A stretch of 64,000 nucleotides of DNA from an uncultured Gemmatimonadales bacterium (GTDB lineage: Bacteria; Gemmatimonadota; Gemmatimonadetes; Gemmatimonadales; GWC2-71-9). Under the pieces are notes generated by a model, which had not been told where the DNA came from, made no database searches, and saw only the letters and a program-made list of their open reading frames with translations. Position 1 is the stretch's first letter; each line of letters starts with the position of its first letter. The stretch covers positions 1,408,001-1,472,000 of the forward strand of contig CAVSLV010000001.1 in NCBI GenBank assembly GCA_963728915.1. Direction: 5' to 3'. Below, one piece after another: positions 20,932 to 30,642 of the stretch. Made by a program: the position numbers and the translations under genes.

Positions 20932-22161
20932 GTGCAAGCGCGACTCGAACGACTGGTGCGGGAGTTTCCGGCGCTCGTGGCGGAGATCCGCCACGAGCAG
21001 GTCCTCCAGCAGGTGGCGGTCCTGGCGGCTGAAGTCCTCGGCGCCCGCTACGCGGCGGTCGGCCTGCTCAACCCTGACGGACAGACCCTGGAGAGCTTCA
21101 CGGTTTCCGGGTTAACCCGAGAACAGATCGAGGGGATAGGCTCCCTGCCGCTGGGCCGTGGGATCCTTGGCTTGCTGATCCGGGAGGGCCGGCCCATCCG
21201 GCTCGCCGACCTCTCGCAGCATCCCGCCTCGACCGGATTCCCGGCGCACCATCCCCCGATGCACTCCTTTCTCGGCGTCCCCATCCCGGGTGCGCATGGG
21301 ATCATCGGAGAGCTCTATCTCACCGAAAAGATCGGTGCCAATGAGTTCACTCCGGAGGATGAATACCTCGCAAGCCTCCTGGCCCTGGTGATCGGTTCCG
21401 CGGTCGAGAACGCCCGCCTGCACACCGAGCGAACCCGGCTGCTCGAAGAGGTGCAGCTGCTGCACCGCTCCCGGGAGCGCTTCTTCGCCATGGTGAACCA
21501 CGAGCTCAGGAACTCCCTTGCGGCGGTGTATGGTTGGGCCGAAATCATGGTGCGCAGGAAGGAGCGCCACGAGGTTCCCAAAGCGGCGTTCGAGATCCTG
21601 GATTCCGCCGAGCAGGCGGTCGGACTGATCAGCGATCTCCTCGACCTGAGCCGGCTCGACGAAGACCGGCTGAAGCCGGTGATCCGGAGGACCGAATGCG
21701 GGGCGGTCCTCCGGTCGGCGGTCCAGCGGGTCCTTCCTCAGGCTCAGGAGCGTGGGATCGGGTTCGAAATCGAAACCCCTTCGGAAGGCCTGCTCTGCAA
21801 TACCGACGGGCACCGGGTCGAGCAAATCCTCATCAACCTGCTTCGAAATGCAGTGCGGCATTCCGTCGAGTCCGCACCGGTCGAAGTCCGGCTCACATCG
21901 CAGGATGAACTGGTCACCTTTGAGGTCTCCAACCAGGGTGAGGGCATCAACCCGGAGGACGCCGAACAGATCTTCGACATCTATGTAACGAGCGCCGGCG
22001 AGGACCAGGCCGGGCACGGTCTGGGGCTCCCACTCTCCCGGCGGCTGGCCAGATTGCTCGGAGGAGATCTGATGGCGGTCCCGACCTCGACTGGGGGCCG
22101 ATTCGTGCTCCGGCTGCCGGCAGCACCATCTAGCTATGAAGAGGCTTTCATAGTTTCTTGA
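20932..22161 (+). CDS. Cytoplasmic GAF-domain sensor histidine kinase (DosS-like GAF, HisKA/HATPase)
   Basis: GAF GFPAHHPPMHSFLGVPI...LYLTEK; H-box NHELRNSL; N-box NLLRNA; G-box GHGLGL. Confidence 0.92.
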   Translation: MQARLERLVREFPALVAEIRHEQVLQQVAVLAAEVLGARYAAVGLLNPDGQTLESFTVSGLTREQIEGIGSLPLGRGILGLLIREGRPIRLADLSQHPASTGFPAHHPPMHSFLGVPIPGAHGIIGELYLTEKIGANEFTPEDEYLASLLALVIGSAVENARLHTERTRLLEEVQLLHRSRERFFAMVNHELRNSLAAVYGWAEIMVRRKERHEVPKAAFEILDSAEQAVGLISDLLDLSRLDEDRLKPVIRRTECGAVLRSAVQRVLPQAQERGIGFEIETPSEGLLCNTDGHRVEQILINLLRNAVRHSVESAPVEVRLTSQDELVTFEVSNQGEGINPEDAEQIFDIYVTSAGEDQAGHGLGLPLSRRLARLLGGDLMAVPTSTGGRFVLRLPAAPSSYEEAFIVS

Positions 22162-22197
22162 GTCGGGATTCAAGGCCAACCTTTACCTTTTCCAGCC

Positions 22198-22902
22198 ATG
22201 AAAGTCCTGGTGGTGGAGGACGACCGGAAGGTCGCCGGGTTCATCGAGCAGGGTCTGACCGAGGAAGGCTACGTCGTGGACATCGCACCGGACGGCGATG
22301 AAGCGACGATGCTTGCTCACGTCTACCAGTACGACGTGATTCTTCTGGACATCATCCTCCCCAAAAAGAACGGGTTCCAGGTCGCCGCCGAGCTCCGGCG
22401 CGAAGGCCGGAAGACCCCCATTCTCATGCTCACCTCGCGCGACGCGGTCGAGGACGTGGTACGGGGTCTCGATGCCGGAGCGGACGACTACCTCGCGAAA
22501 CCGTTCCGCTTCGAGGAGCTGCTCGCCCGGGTCCGGGCTCTGCTGCGGCGGGGTGGCGCGGAGCGCATGGAGGTGCTCCGGTTCGGCGACATCGCGATGG
22601 ACCGGCTCCGCCATACCGTCACGATCGGGGAGAAAAAGCTCGACCTCACCGCCAAGGAATTCCAGCTGCTCGAGTTCTTTCTGCTCCACTGCGACGAGGT
22701 CGTCCGGCGCACTACGCTGCTCGAGAAGGTCTGGGACATGCATTTCGATCCCGAGAGCAACGTGGTGGATGTTCACGTCGGGAATCTTCGCCGCAAGCTC
22801 GCCAAACTGACCGACCAGGTCCACATCGAAACTGTCCGGGGAGTCGGGTTCACGCTCCGGAAGCCCGACTCGAAGAACACCGCCTCGGCGAACTCCGTGT
22901 GA
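22198..22902 (+). CDS. OmpR-family response regulator
   Basis: VVEDD, LLDI, GADDYLAKPF, LTAKEF, ETVRGVGF. Confidence 0.95.
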   Translation: MKVLVVEDDRKVAGFIEQGLTEEGYVVDIAPDGDEATMLAHVYQYDVILLDIILPKKNGFQVAAELRREGRKTPILMLTSRDAVEDVVRGLDAGADDYLAKPFRFEELLARVRALLRRGGAERMEVLRFGDIAMDRLRHTVTIGEKKLDLTAKEFQLLEFFLLHCDEVVRRTTLLEKVWDMHFDPESNVVDVHVGNLRRKLAKLTDQVHIETVRGVGFTLRKPDSKNTASANSV

Positions 22903-24770
22903 AGCCCACCGGCCGGATTCTCCTCCGGCCGGCCCTTGCTCTGGCGGTCCTGCTCGCCGGAGCGACCGTCCGGCTCGGATTCCACCGTTCCGATGCCGCC
23001 CATCTCGTCTGGCTCATCGGCCTCTGGGCGATCGGACTGCCCCTTCTGGTGCAGACGGGCCTGGGAGTGCTCCGGGGCCGGTTCGCGGCCGACCTGGTCG
23101 CGGCCCTCGCCATCATCGGCGCCATGGCGCTCGACCAGCCATTCGCCGGTCTGGTCATCGTCCTGATGCAGACCGGGGGCGAGGCGCTGGAGCACTACGC
23201 GGAGCGGCGGGCCACCCAGGCGGTCCGCCAGCTCGAGGCGGAAGCGCCCCGATACGCGCACCTCATTGAAGAGCCGGACCATCGGATACGCGATGTGGAG
23301 ACTTCCTCGGTTGCGGTCGGAGACCTGCTCCTGGTGCGCCCGGGCGAGATGGTGCCCTGTGATGGAACGGTTGCCTCGGGCACGGCCCAGACCGACGTTG
23401 CCCGGCTCACCGGTGAGCCCCTGCCGGTGCGGGTAGGCGCCGGGGCGACGGTGCGCTCGGGAACCCTGGTGCTCGATAGCCCGCTCGACCTCCGGGTCTC
23501 GGCGCGGGCGGAAGCGAGCCTCTATGCTCGAATCGTCGAGCTGGTGCGCAACGCGCAGGCCAGCAAGGCCCCGCTCCAGCGGGTCGCGGATCGATACGCC
23601 GTCTGGTTTACCCCGTTCACCATCGCCATCGCGCTCGCGGCATGGGCCATCTCCGGGGATCCCCTCCGTCTGCTCGCGGTGCTGGTGGTCGCCACCCCCT
23701 GTCCGCTGATCCTCGCCACCCCGGTCGCCATCATCGGCGGAATCAACCGCGCCGCGCGCCGCCAGATCATCATGCGGCACGGGGGCGCCCTGGAGGCGCT
23801 CGCCTCGATCGATGCGGCCGTCTTCGACAAGACCGGCACCCTGACCGTCGGGCAGCCGACGGTGGCGGAAGTGCTGGGCGCACCTCCATTCACGGAACGC
23901 ACCCTGCTGATCCTCGCGGCCGGCCTCGAGCAGCGATCGGGACACCTGCTGGCACGAGCGGTGGTGGATGAGGCGACGCGCCGGGGGATCGCGATCCCCG
24001 AGGCCCTCGAGGTTCGCGAGGTCCCAGGCCGGGGAGTGGAGGGAATGGTGGATGGACGACGGGTCCTGGTCGGCGCCTTGAGTCTCGTCAGGGAACGCGA
24101 GCCGGAGGCCGCGGCGCTCCTCGCCGGTCTCCATGACGGGCGCGCTGCGCTTCGGGCCTACGTCATAGTGGACGGGAAGGCCGGCGGCAGTATCACCTAT
24201 GCAGACCGGCTTCGCCCCATGGCTGCCCAGACCATCGAGCGCCTTCGCCGGCTGGGGGTCACCAAGATCGCACTCCTGTCGGGGGATCATGCCGAGAACG
24301 TTGCCGAGGTGGCGAACCAGGTCGGCATCGAGGATGTCCATGCCGATCTCCTTCCGGAGGACAAGGTTCGTTTCGCTCGACGGCTTCTCGATGAGGGAAG
24401 ACGGGTGCTGATGGTCGGGGATGGCATCAACGACGCTCCCGCCCTCTCCACCGCTACGGTGGGCCTGGCGCTGGCCGCCCACGGCGCCTCGCAATCGGGA
24501 GGCGGTGTCATTGCGGAAGCCGCCGATGTGGTGCTGCTAGTGGACCGCCTCGACCGGGTTCCGGAGGCGTTGACCATCGGTCGCCGGACCATGCGAATCG
24601 CGCGACAGAGCATTGTCGCCGGGCTGGGCTTGAGCGGGGCGGCGATGCTGGTGGCGGCGCTGGGCTATCTGCCTCCTGCCGCGGGGGCGCTCGCGCAGGA
24701 GGCCGTGGATGTCGCGGTCATCCTCAATGCGCTCCGGACGACCATGAACGGAGCTTCAGAGGAATCATAG
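22899..24770 (+). CDS. Heavy-metal P1B-type ATPase (P1B-5 signature)
   Basis: LTGE, TPCP, DKTGT, GDGINDAP, QSIVAGLGLS, QEAVD. Confidence 0.92.
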   Translation: MKPTGRILLRPALALAVLLAGATVRLGFHRSDAAHLVWLIGLWAIGLPLLVQTGLGVLRGRFAADLVAALAIIGAMALDQPFAGLVIVLMQTGGEALEHYAERRATQAVRQLEAEAPRYAHLIEEPDHRIRDVETSSVAVGDLLLVRPGEMVPCDGTVASGTAQTDVARLTGEPLPVRVGAGATVRSGTLVLDSPLDLRVSARAEASLYARIVELVRNAQASKAPLQRVADRYAVWFTPFTIAIALAAWAISGDPLRLLAVLVVATPCPLILATPVAIIGGINRAARRQIIMRHGGALEALASIDAAVFDKTGTLTVGQPTVAEVLGAPPFTERTLLILAAGLEQRSGHLLARAVVDEATRRGIAIPEALEVREVPGRGVEGMVDGRRVLVGALSLVREREPEAAALLAGLHDGRAALRAYVIVDGKAGGSITYADRLRPMAAQTIERLRRLGVTKIALLSGDHAENVAEVANQVGIEDVHADLLPEDKVRFARRLLDEGRRVLMVGDGINDAPALSTATVGLALAAHGASQSGGGVIAEAADVVLLVDRLDRVPEALTIGRRTMRIARQSIVAGLGLSGAAMLVAALGYLPPAAGALAQEAVDVAVILNALRTTMNGASEES

Positions 24771-24824
24771 AAATTCTTCAGGTATATTCTCCGAAATTGT
24801 CGGCTTCTTCCACCCAACAGACCA

Positions 24825-24956
24825 ATGACTGAACCGCTTCCCAGGCACCCGAAGGGCACCTTCGCCTTCCTGCTCGTGTACGCGATTCTGTTCGTCGCGG
24901 GCTGGATGGCGATCTACACCTACATCTATTTGAGCCGCGGCGGGGTGAGCCAATGA
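24825..24956 (+). CDS. cbaD: ba3-type cytochrome c oxidase small subunit IIa-like (43 aa)
   Basis: Read manually: MTEPLPRHPKGTFAFLLVYAILFVAGWMAIYTYIYLSRGGVSQ; single TM with the PKG...W...Y...RG pattern of Thermus subunit IIa; ATGA overlap with subunit II. Confidence 0.8.
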   Translation: MTEPLPRHPKGTFAFLLVYAILFVAGWMAIYTYIYLSRGGVSQ

Positions 24957-25483
24957 AGACCGACCTCTACGAGCGGATCTGGGGATGGGGGGTCGGCGTG
25001 ATGCTGCTCTTCTTCTTCGGCTCCCTGGCCAACGCGTCGATCCGGCACGGCTTTCACCCCCCCTCGCACGTCGAGACCATCGACCCCCGGAAGGTGTTTC
25101 AAAGCGAGGAGTTCCGGAAACAGGGGGTGAGCGTGGACGCCGCGGGGGCGGTTCACGTGACCATGATCGGGATGATGTTCACCTGGTTGCCGGGGGAGAT
25201 GGTGCTTCCCGCCGGGACGCCGGTCACCTTTCACCTGACCTCGGTCGACGTGATCCATGGATTCGAAATCGTCCGGACCAACGGACAATCCATGGTGATT
25301 CCGGGTTATGTGAGCCAGTTCACCACCACGTTCAAGCCGGGCGAGTACCTCATCGCCTGCAACGAGTACTGCGGTCTGGGCCACCATACCATGTCCGCCA
25401 AGCTCCGGGTGGTGCCCCGAGCCGAGTGGAAAGCCCCCGAGGTTGCCGCGCCGGCGACAGGAGGCGACCATGCCACGCACTAA
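24953..25483 (+). CDS. cbaB: ba3-type cytochrome c oxidase subunit II (CuA)
   Basis: One TM, DVIHGF, CuA motif CNEYCGLGHHTM. Confidence 0.93.
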   Translation: MKTDLYERIWGWGVGVMLLFFFGSLANASIRHGFHPPSHVETIDPRKVFQSEEFRKQGVSVDAAGAVHVTMIGMMFTWLPGEMVLPAGTPVTFHLTSVDVIHGFEIVRTNGQSMVIPGYVSQFTTTFKPGEYLIACNEYCGLGHHTMSAKLRVVPRAEWKAPEVAAPATGGDHATH

Positions 25484-27095
25484 CCGGCTGATCCTGGCCC
25501 ATCTCTGGGTCGCGATCCTCGCGTTCGGGGTCGCGGCTTGCATGGCGGTGATGCAGGCGATCTCCCGCGCCAATCTGGAGGTGCCCTACCGCTCGGCCCG
25601 GATGTACTACATGTCGGTGACCGCGCACGGCGTTCTGATGGCGCTGGTTTTCACCACCTTCTTCATCATGGCCCTGGGGTATGCCGTGGCCCAGCGGGAA
25701 AACGGCGACGTCAGATTTCCCAGGCTGGCGTGGGCGATGTGGGGGCTCGCGGTCGTCGGGGTGATCGCCGCGGTCTGGGCGATTCTCAGCTTCAAGGCCA
25801 GCGTGCTGTACACCTTCTACCCTCCCCTCCAGGCGCACCCGGCGTTCTACATCGGGCTCACCCTGGTGGTGGTCGCGTCGTGGGGCTGGTGCTTCAACAT
25901 GATCGCCTCCTGGCGGGAGTCCCAGAAACGGAACGGCGAGCGGCCCACCAGCCTGGCGATGCATGGCACGGTCGCGAACGCCCTGCTCTGGCTGCTGGCC
26001 ACGATCGGGGTCGCCACGGAGATGCTCTTTCAGCTCATCCCATGGTCGCTCGGCCTCACCAAGACCGTGGATCCGCTCCTGGCCCGGACGCTCTTCTGGT
26101 TCTTCGGTCATCCCCTGGTGTATTTCTGGCTCCTGCCGGCCTATGTCATCTGGTACGCCCTCACCCCGAGAGAGGCCGGTGGCAAGCTCTTTTCCGAGCC
26201 CCTGGCCCGGATGACCTTCGCGCTGTTTCTGATTCTCTCGACCCCGGTGGGGTTGCATCACCAGTACCAGGACCCCGGAATCTCGGCGGGGTGGAAGCTG
26301 TTCCATACCTTCAACACCATGGCGATTTCGTTTCCCAGCCTCATGACCGCCTTCACGGTGGTCGCCTCGCTCGAGGTGGCCGGCCGACTCCGCGGCGGGA
26401 AAGGACTGTTCGGGTGGATCCGCACCTTGCCCTGGGGAAATCCGGTGGTCTCGTCGGTCCTGCTGGCGGGACTGCTCTTCATGGTGGGCGGCTTCGGGGG
26501 AGCGATCAACGGCGCGTACCAGCTCAATTCGGTCGTGCATAACACGGCCTGGGTGACCTCGCACTTTCACCTCACGGTGGGAAGCGCGGCGGCCCTCACC
26601 TTCATGGGAGCGTGCTACTACCTGGTGCCCAGGATCAGCGGGCGTTCCCTCGAGCTCGGGCTGCTCGCCAAAGTGCAGCCCTACCTCTGGTTCCTCGGCA
26701 TGGTGCTCTTCTCCTTCACCGGCCACATCGCCGGGCTGCTCGGGCTCCCCCGGCGGGTGTTCAGCACCGACTACTCCGGGGCAACCCAGGCGCAGGCCTG
26801 GCACGGGCTCACCACCATCTCTGCCGTGGGCGGCATCGTCCTGTTCGCGAGCGCCGGGTTCTTCGTCCTGACGATGCTGGGCACCCTGCTGGCGGGAACG
26901 AAGGGCACGCCGGTCCCGATCGAGTGGGCCGAGCCGCTGGAGGCGCCCGAAGGCGGCTTCAAGCGGACCATCTGGGACCGGCTCGGGCTCTGGTTCGTCA
27001 TCGCGGCCGTGCTGGCCGCCATCGCCTACGCGATGCCGCTCTGGGATCTCCTCCACCTCCACCGGTTCGGGAGTCCGGGATTCAAACCGTTCTAG
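25470..27095 (+). CDS. cbaA: B-type (ba3) heme-copper oxidase subunit I
   Basis: TAHGVLM, FWFFGHPLVYFWLLPAY, GLHHQY, VHNTAW..SHFH. Confidence 0.95.
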   Translation: MPRTNRLILAHLWVAILAFGVAACMAVMQAISRANLEVPYRSARMYYMSVTAHGVLMALVFTTFFIMALGYAVAQRENGDVRFPRLAWAMWGLAVVGVIAAVWAILSFKASVLYTFYPPLQAHPAFYIGLTLVVVASWGWCFNMIASWRESQKRNGERPTSLAMHGTVANALLWLLATIGVATEMLFQLIPWSLGLTKTVDPLLARTLFWFFGHPLVYFWLLPAYVIWYALTPREAGGKLFSEPLARMTFALFLILSTPVGLHHQYQDPGISAGWKLFHTFNTMAISFPSLMTAFTVVASLEVAGRLRGGKGLFGWIRTLPWGNPVVSSVLLAGLLFMVGGFGGAINGAYQLNSVVHNTAWVTSHFHLTVGSAAALTFMGACYYLVPRISGRSLELGLLAKVQPYLWFLGMVLFSFTGHIAGLLGLPRRVFSTDYSGATQAQAWHGLTTISAVGGIVLFASAGFFVLTMLGTLLAGTKGTPVPIEWAEPLEAPEGGFKRTIWDRLGLWFVIAAVLAAIAYAMPLWDLLHLHRFGSPGFKPF

Positions 27096-27202
27096 CGGGT
27101 TAGCAACGCAATCCCCGTTCGGGGAATCAGATCTTCAGGTGGCCGAGCTTCAGGCGTTGAAAGCCTCGGTGTAGTTCTTGCTGATTTTTAGGCAGGATCC
27201 CG

Positions 27203-28705
27203 ATGAATCTGCGCATTCCCCGACCCGTCCGGGCCCTCCTGGCCTGTCTGCTTTTCGTCGTGGCCGCGAGCGGCTGGGTTCTGCGGCCCGACCTGGTTCG
27301 CGCGCTGCGGGGCCGGCCCACCGGGGATGATGCCCTGGTCGAACGGGTGCTGGCCATCATCCGGCAGCACTATGCGGATTCCCTCGGCGAGCGCGATTTG
27401 CGGCTCCGCGCGATCGAGGGCATCCTGCGGAGTCTCCCGGACAAATACTCCTCCCTCCTGACCGAAGGCGAGCTCAAGGGCTACACCGACCTGCTCGAGG
27501 GAAGCGCCGGGGACGTCGGGTTGCGGCTGCTCGACGGGCCGCTCGGATTGACCGTGGAGGAAGTGGGATCCGGCTCGCCGGCCGAGGACCACGGGTTCCG
27601 GCCGGGAGACCGGGTGCTCGCGATTGAGGACGCACCGGCCCGGAGCTGGTCGGCGCTCCGGGGTGAGCAAGCCCTCCGCGGGGAGCCGGGCTCCACGGTG
27701 CGGGTCCGGATCCGGCACCCCGGCGAGAGCCAGGTCGTCATCGAAACCCTCCGGCGGGAGCGCGCCCAGCGACTCCATCCGCTGAGCCGGCTGCTCGGTG
27801 CCGGGATCGGATATCTCCGGATCGGCTCCATAACCCGCGGCACCGCCGACGCGGTCTCCACCGCGATGAATGCCCTGGTGAGCGATGGAGCGCGAGCGCT
27901 GGTGCTCGATCTGCGGAACAATCCCGGCGGCCTGCTGAGCGAGGCCACCGCCCTGCTGGATCGGTTGCTCGACGCCGGCGCCACGATGGGCACGGTGGAA
28001 GGCCGGGGAAACCCCAGGAGCCAGCGGATCGTCGCGACCGGCGGACAGCGCTGGCCCGGGGTGAGAGTGGTGGTCCTGGTCAATGCCGCGACCGCATCGG
28101 CCGCGGAGATCATCGCGGCGGGACTCAAGGAGAACGGTCGCGGCACCGTGGTCGGCGAGCATACCTACGGCAAGGGAATGATGCAGAGCACCGTGCGACT
28201 GGACACCGGGGCCGCGGTCAAGATCAGCACTGCCCGCTGGCTCACTCCCTCGGGAAGCTCACTCAACAGCAGCCCGGGCGCGAAAGGCGGCATCGAACCC
28301 AACCTGGTGGTCCCGCCCTGGCAGCCCTCTCCCGGAGACTTGATGCTGGCCCGGTCGATCGGATCGCAGGCCGATCTCTTCCGCCAGCTCTTCGAGATCG
28401 CCGTCGCCCGAAAGGAGTGGGCCCCCCGGCCCGCCGAGGATACCCTGCCTCCCCGTCCGGGGCCGTTTCAGAAACTGGCAAAGCGATTGAACCGGGGCGG
28501 CATCACGATCAGGAGTGATCAGCTCGCCAAGGGCGAGGCCCTGCTGCGTCAGGAGTATGCGGTGCTCTTCGCCGCGCAGGGGCTGGTGCGAATCGCCGTC
28601 CCGCCGAACGGAGGTCCGGTCCTCCCCGACGCCCAGCTCGCGGCCGCGGTGCGGCTGCTTCAGACCGGAGTGGGATCGGGCGAGGGAGGGGCGGGGATGC
28701 GGTAG
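27203..28705 (+). CDS. S41 family C-terminal processing peptidase with PDZ domain
   Basis: LDLRNNPGG, TASAAE (Ser), TYGKG (Lys). Confidence 0.9.
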   Translation: MNLRIPRPVRALLACLLFVVAASGWVLRPDLVRALRGRPTGDDALVERVLAIIRQHYADSLGERDLRLRAIEGILRSLPDKYSSLLTEGELKGYTDLLEGSAGDVGLRLLDGPLGLTVEEVGSGSPAEDHGFRPGDRVLAIEDAPARSWSALRGEQALRGEPGSTVRVRIRHPGESQVVIETLRRERAQRLHPLSRLLGAGIGYLRIGSITRGTADAVSTAMNALVSDGARALVLDLRNNPGGLLSEATALLDRLLDAGATMGTVEGRGNPRSQRIVATGGQRWPGVRVVVLVNAATASAAEIIAAGLKENGRGTVVGEHTYGKGMMQSTVRLDTGAAVKISTARWLTPSGSSLNSSPGAKGGIEPNLVVPPWQPSPGDLMLARSIGSQADLFRQLFEIAVARKEWAPRPAEDTLPPRPGPFQKLAKRLNRGGITIRSDQLAKGEALLRQEYAVLFAAQGLVRIAVPPNGGPVLPDAQLAAAVRLLQTGVGSGEGGAGMR

Positions 28706-28717
28706 GGCGGGAAGCAG

Positions 28718-29778
28718 CTAGGACTTCCTGCGCGACGCCTCCACCACCGCGTCGAGCAGTGGTTCGGCGCTGAACCGCACCGGATCGGTACAAGGCAAGC
28801 CGGTTTCCGCCGCCGCCTTCCGACAGACTTCCTCCGCCATCTCATCGGAAAGATCGTAGGTGTTCATCGAGATCCCGATCACCTTCGTCGGGTGCACCGC
28901 GCTTCCGATCAGCTCGTACATCTTCACGTAGTCGGAAAGGGGTGGAATCCGGAGCCAGGGACTCCCCCGGTATTCTCCGACATACTCCCGGGACGGCTGA
29001 TGACAGAGAATCAGCGCGTCGGGACATGACCCGTGAAGAAGACCCACGGTCACCCCGGAATAGCCCGGGTGGTTGATGCTCCCCTGCCCTTCCACCAGAA
29101 CCACGTCGGCGTTCTTCGCTCCCTCCAGCACCAATTCTTCGGCTGCCCCGGCGATGAAATCGGCCACCACCGCGTCCACCGCGGTCCCCCAGCCTTCGAG
29201 GAAGATGCCGGTCTGCCCGGTGGCCACGAACCGGGCCCGTAACCCGCGCTCCTTGAGTCCCGCAACGAGCTGGAGCTGGGCGGTCATCTTGCCCACGTTG
29301 CAGTCGGTGCCCACGGTCAGGACCACGAGCGGGGCGACGGTGCGGGCCATCCCCGCCGCGACCGGAAGCCGCGGGGGGGACGCCGGACATCGCGGATCTG
29401 CCGGCCGTTCGCTTTGGCCCGCTCGGCGAGGACCGGATCGTCCCCGAGGAAGGTGTGCAGCCCGCTCCAGAGATCGCACCCCGCGTCCAGAGCATCGGCC
29501 AGCCAGCCTTGCCACTCATCGGGCAGGCGGCCTCCCGAGGGAGCGATGCCGATCAGCACCGCGGTCGGGTTGCGGCGAAGGCCTTCATCCATCGAACCCA
29601 ACACCGGAATGCCTCCGCCGAAGCCGAGCACATCCTGCACCGTCTGCCCCGCATGCTGTCGGTCCACCACCCCCACCACCTGATCGGGGAGGTAGCGGAT
29701 CACGGAGTTGGCGGTCTTGGACGTTTCGGGGGAGAACTCGTTGTCGGCGAGGATCAGGAATTTCGGCTGGGAAGGCAT
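28718..29778 (-). CDS. DUF1611 family P-loop protein (frameshift ~29375)
   Basis: N part KTANSVIRY...SGLH; C part VGTDCNVGKMT, ATGQTG, VEGQGS; break at a G7 run. Confidence 0.88.
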
Positions 29779-29790
29779 GCGGGAAAGTAA

Positions 29791-29879
29791 GTCGGGAGGT
29801 CGGAAAGTCGGAAAGTCGGAAGGTCTGGTAGCGGAACCAGAGCTCCGGCCTCCAGACCTTCAGACCTTCAGACCTTCCC
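29791..29879. repeat. Inverted arrays of 8-bp tandem repeats (GTCGGAAR x4 / CAGACCTT x3), possible hairpin or terminator
   Basis: Seen directly just downstream of the pspA stop; GGAAGGTCTGG pairs with CCAGACCTTC. Confidence 0.7.
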
Positions 29880-29880
29880 G

Positions 29881-30639
29881 CTATCGCTCTCCGTTCTCCA
29901 GCAGCTCGGCGTCGTGAATGTCCGGCTTGCCCCCCTTGCCGAGCGCCTTGGTTTCCTGTCCGGCGCCGAGCACGCCCATCTTGGCCTTGAGCTCGAGGAG
30001 CTGCTGGTCCACCGGCCCTTTGTATTCCAGCTTCTTGAATTGCTCGATCAGATCGTCGGACTGAAACTCCTGCTGGATTTCCGCGGCGGCGAGCGCTTTC
30101 CGCTCGATCGCTTCGATCTTCTCCGACATCCGTTCGAACGACTCGAAGGCGCTCTTGTCGTTCATCCCGGCCATGGTGGCCTGGATGCGCTGCTGGGCCT
30201 CGGCCCGCTTGGCCCGGGCGACCAGAATGTTCTTCTTCCGCTTGGCTTCCTCGATCTTGTCGTTCAGCTGGCGAAGCTGGACCTTGAGGTTGTCCGTGTC
30301 GGCCTTGTGCTTGACCCAGGTCTCGTGGAGCTGCTGGGCTCCCTGAAGCGACTCGTTGTACCGCACCAGGGCCTGGGTCGCGAGGTCGTCGCGTCCCTCC
30401 TGGACCGCGAGCATGGCCCGGCGCTCCCAGTCCTCCGCCTGTTTCTTGAGTCCTTCGGCGTCGGCCTGGAGCTTCTTTTCATCGGCGATGGCCGCGGCGG
30501 CCTCTTGTTTGGCCTTGGCGAGCTGCGACTTCATGTCGATGATGAGCTGATTCAGCATCTTCTCGGGATTTTCCGCCCGGGAGATGAGATCGTTGATGTT
30601 CGACCGCAGCATAGTCGAGAACCGCTCGAAGATTCCCAT
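29881..30639 (-). CDS. pspA: PspA/IM30 family protein
   Basis: MGIFERFSTMLRSNIN..ENPEKML, long coiled coil, FERMSEKI. Confidence 0.95.
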   Translation of the reverse strand: MGIFERFSTMLRSNINDLISRAENPEKMLNQLIIDMKSQLAKAKQEAAAAIADEKKLQADAEGLKKQAEDWERRAMLAVQEGRDDLATQALVRYNESLQGAQQLHETWVKHKADTDNLKVQLRQLNDKIEEAKRKKNILVARAKRAEAQQRIQATMAGMNDKSAFESFERMSEKIEAIERKALAAAEIQQEFQSDDLIEQFKKLEYKGPVDQQLLELKAKMGVLGAGQETKALGKGGKPDIHDAELLENGER

Positions 30640-30642
30640 CGC

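Noticed and set aside
27133..27154. CTTCAGG repeat upstream of the S41 protease as a regulon site
   Set aside because: Spacing is 15 bp, out of phase with the 11-bp pattern at the other sites.
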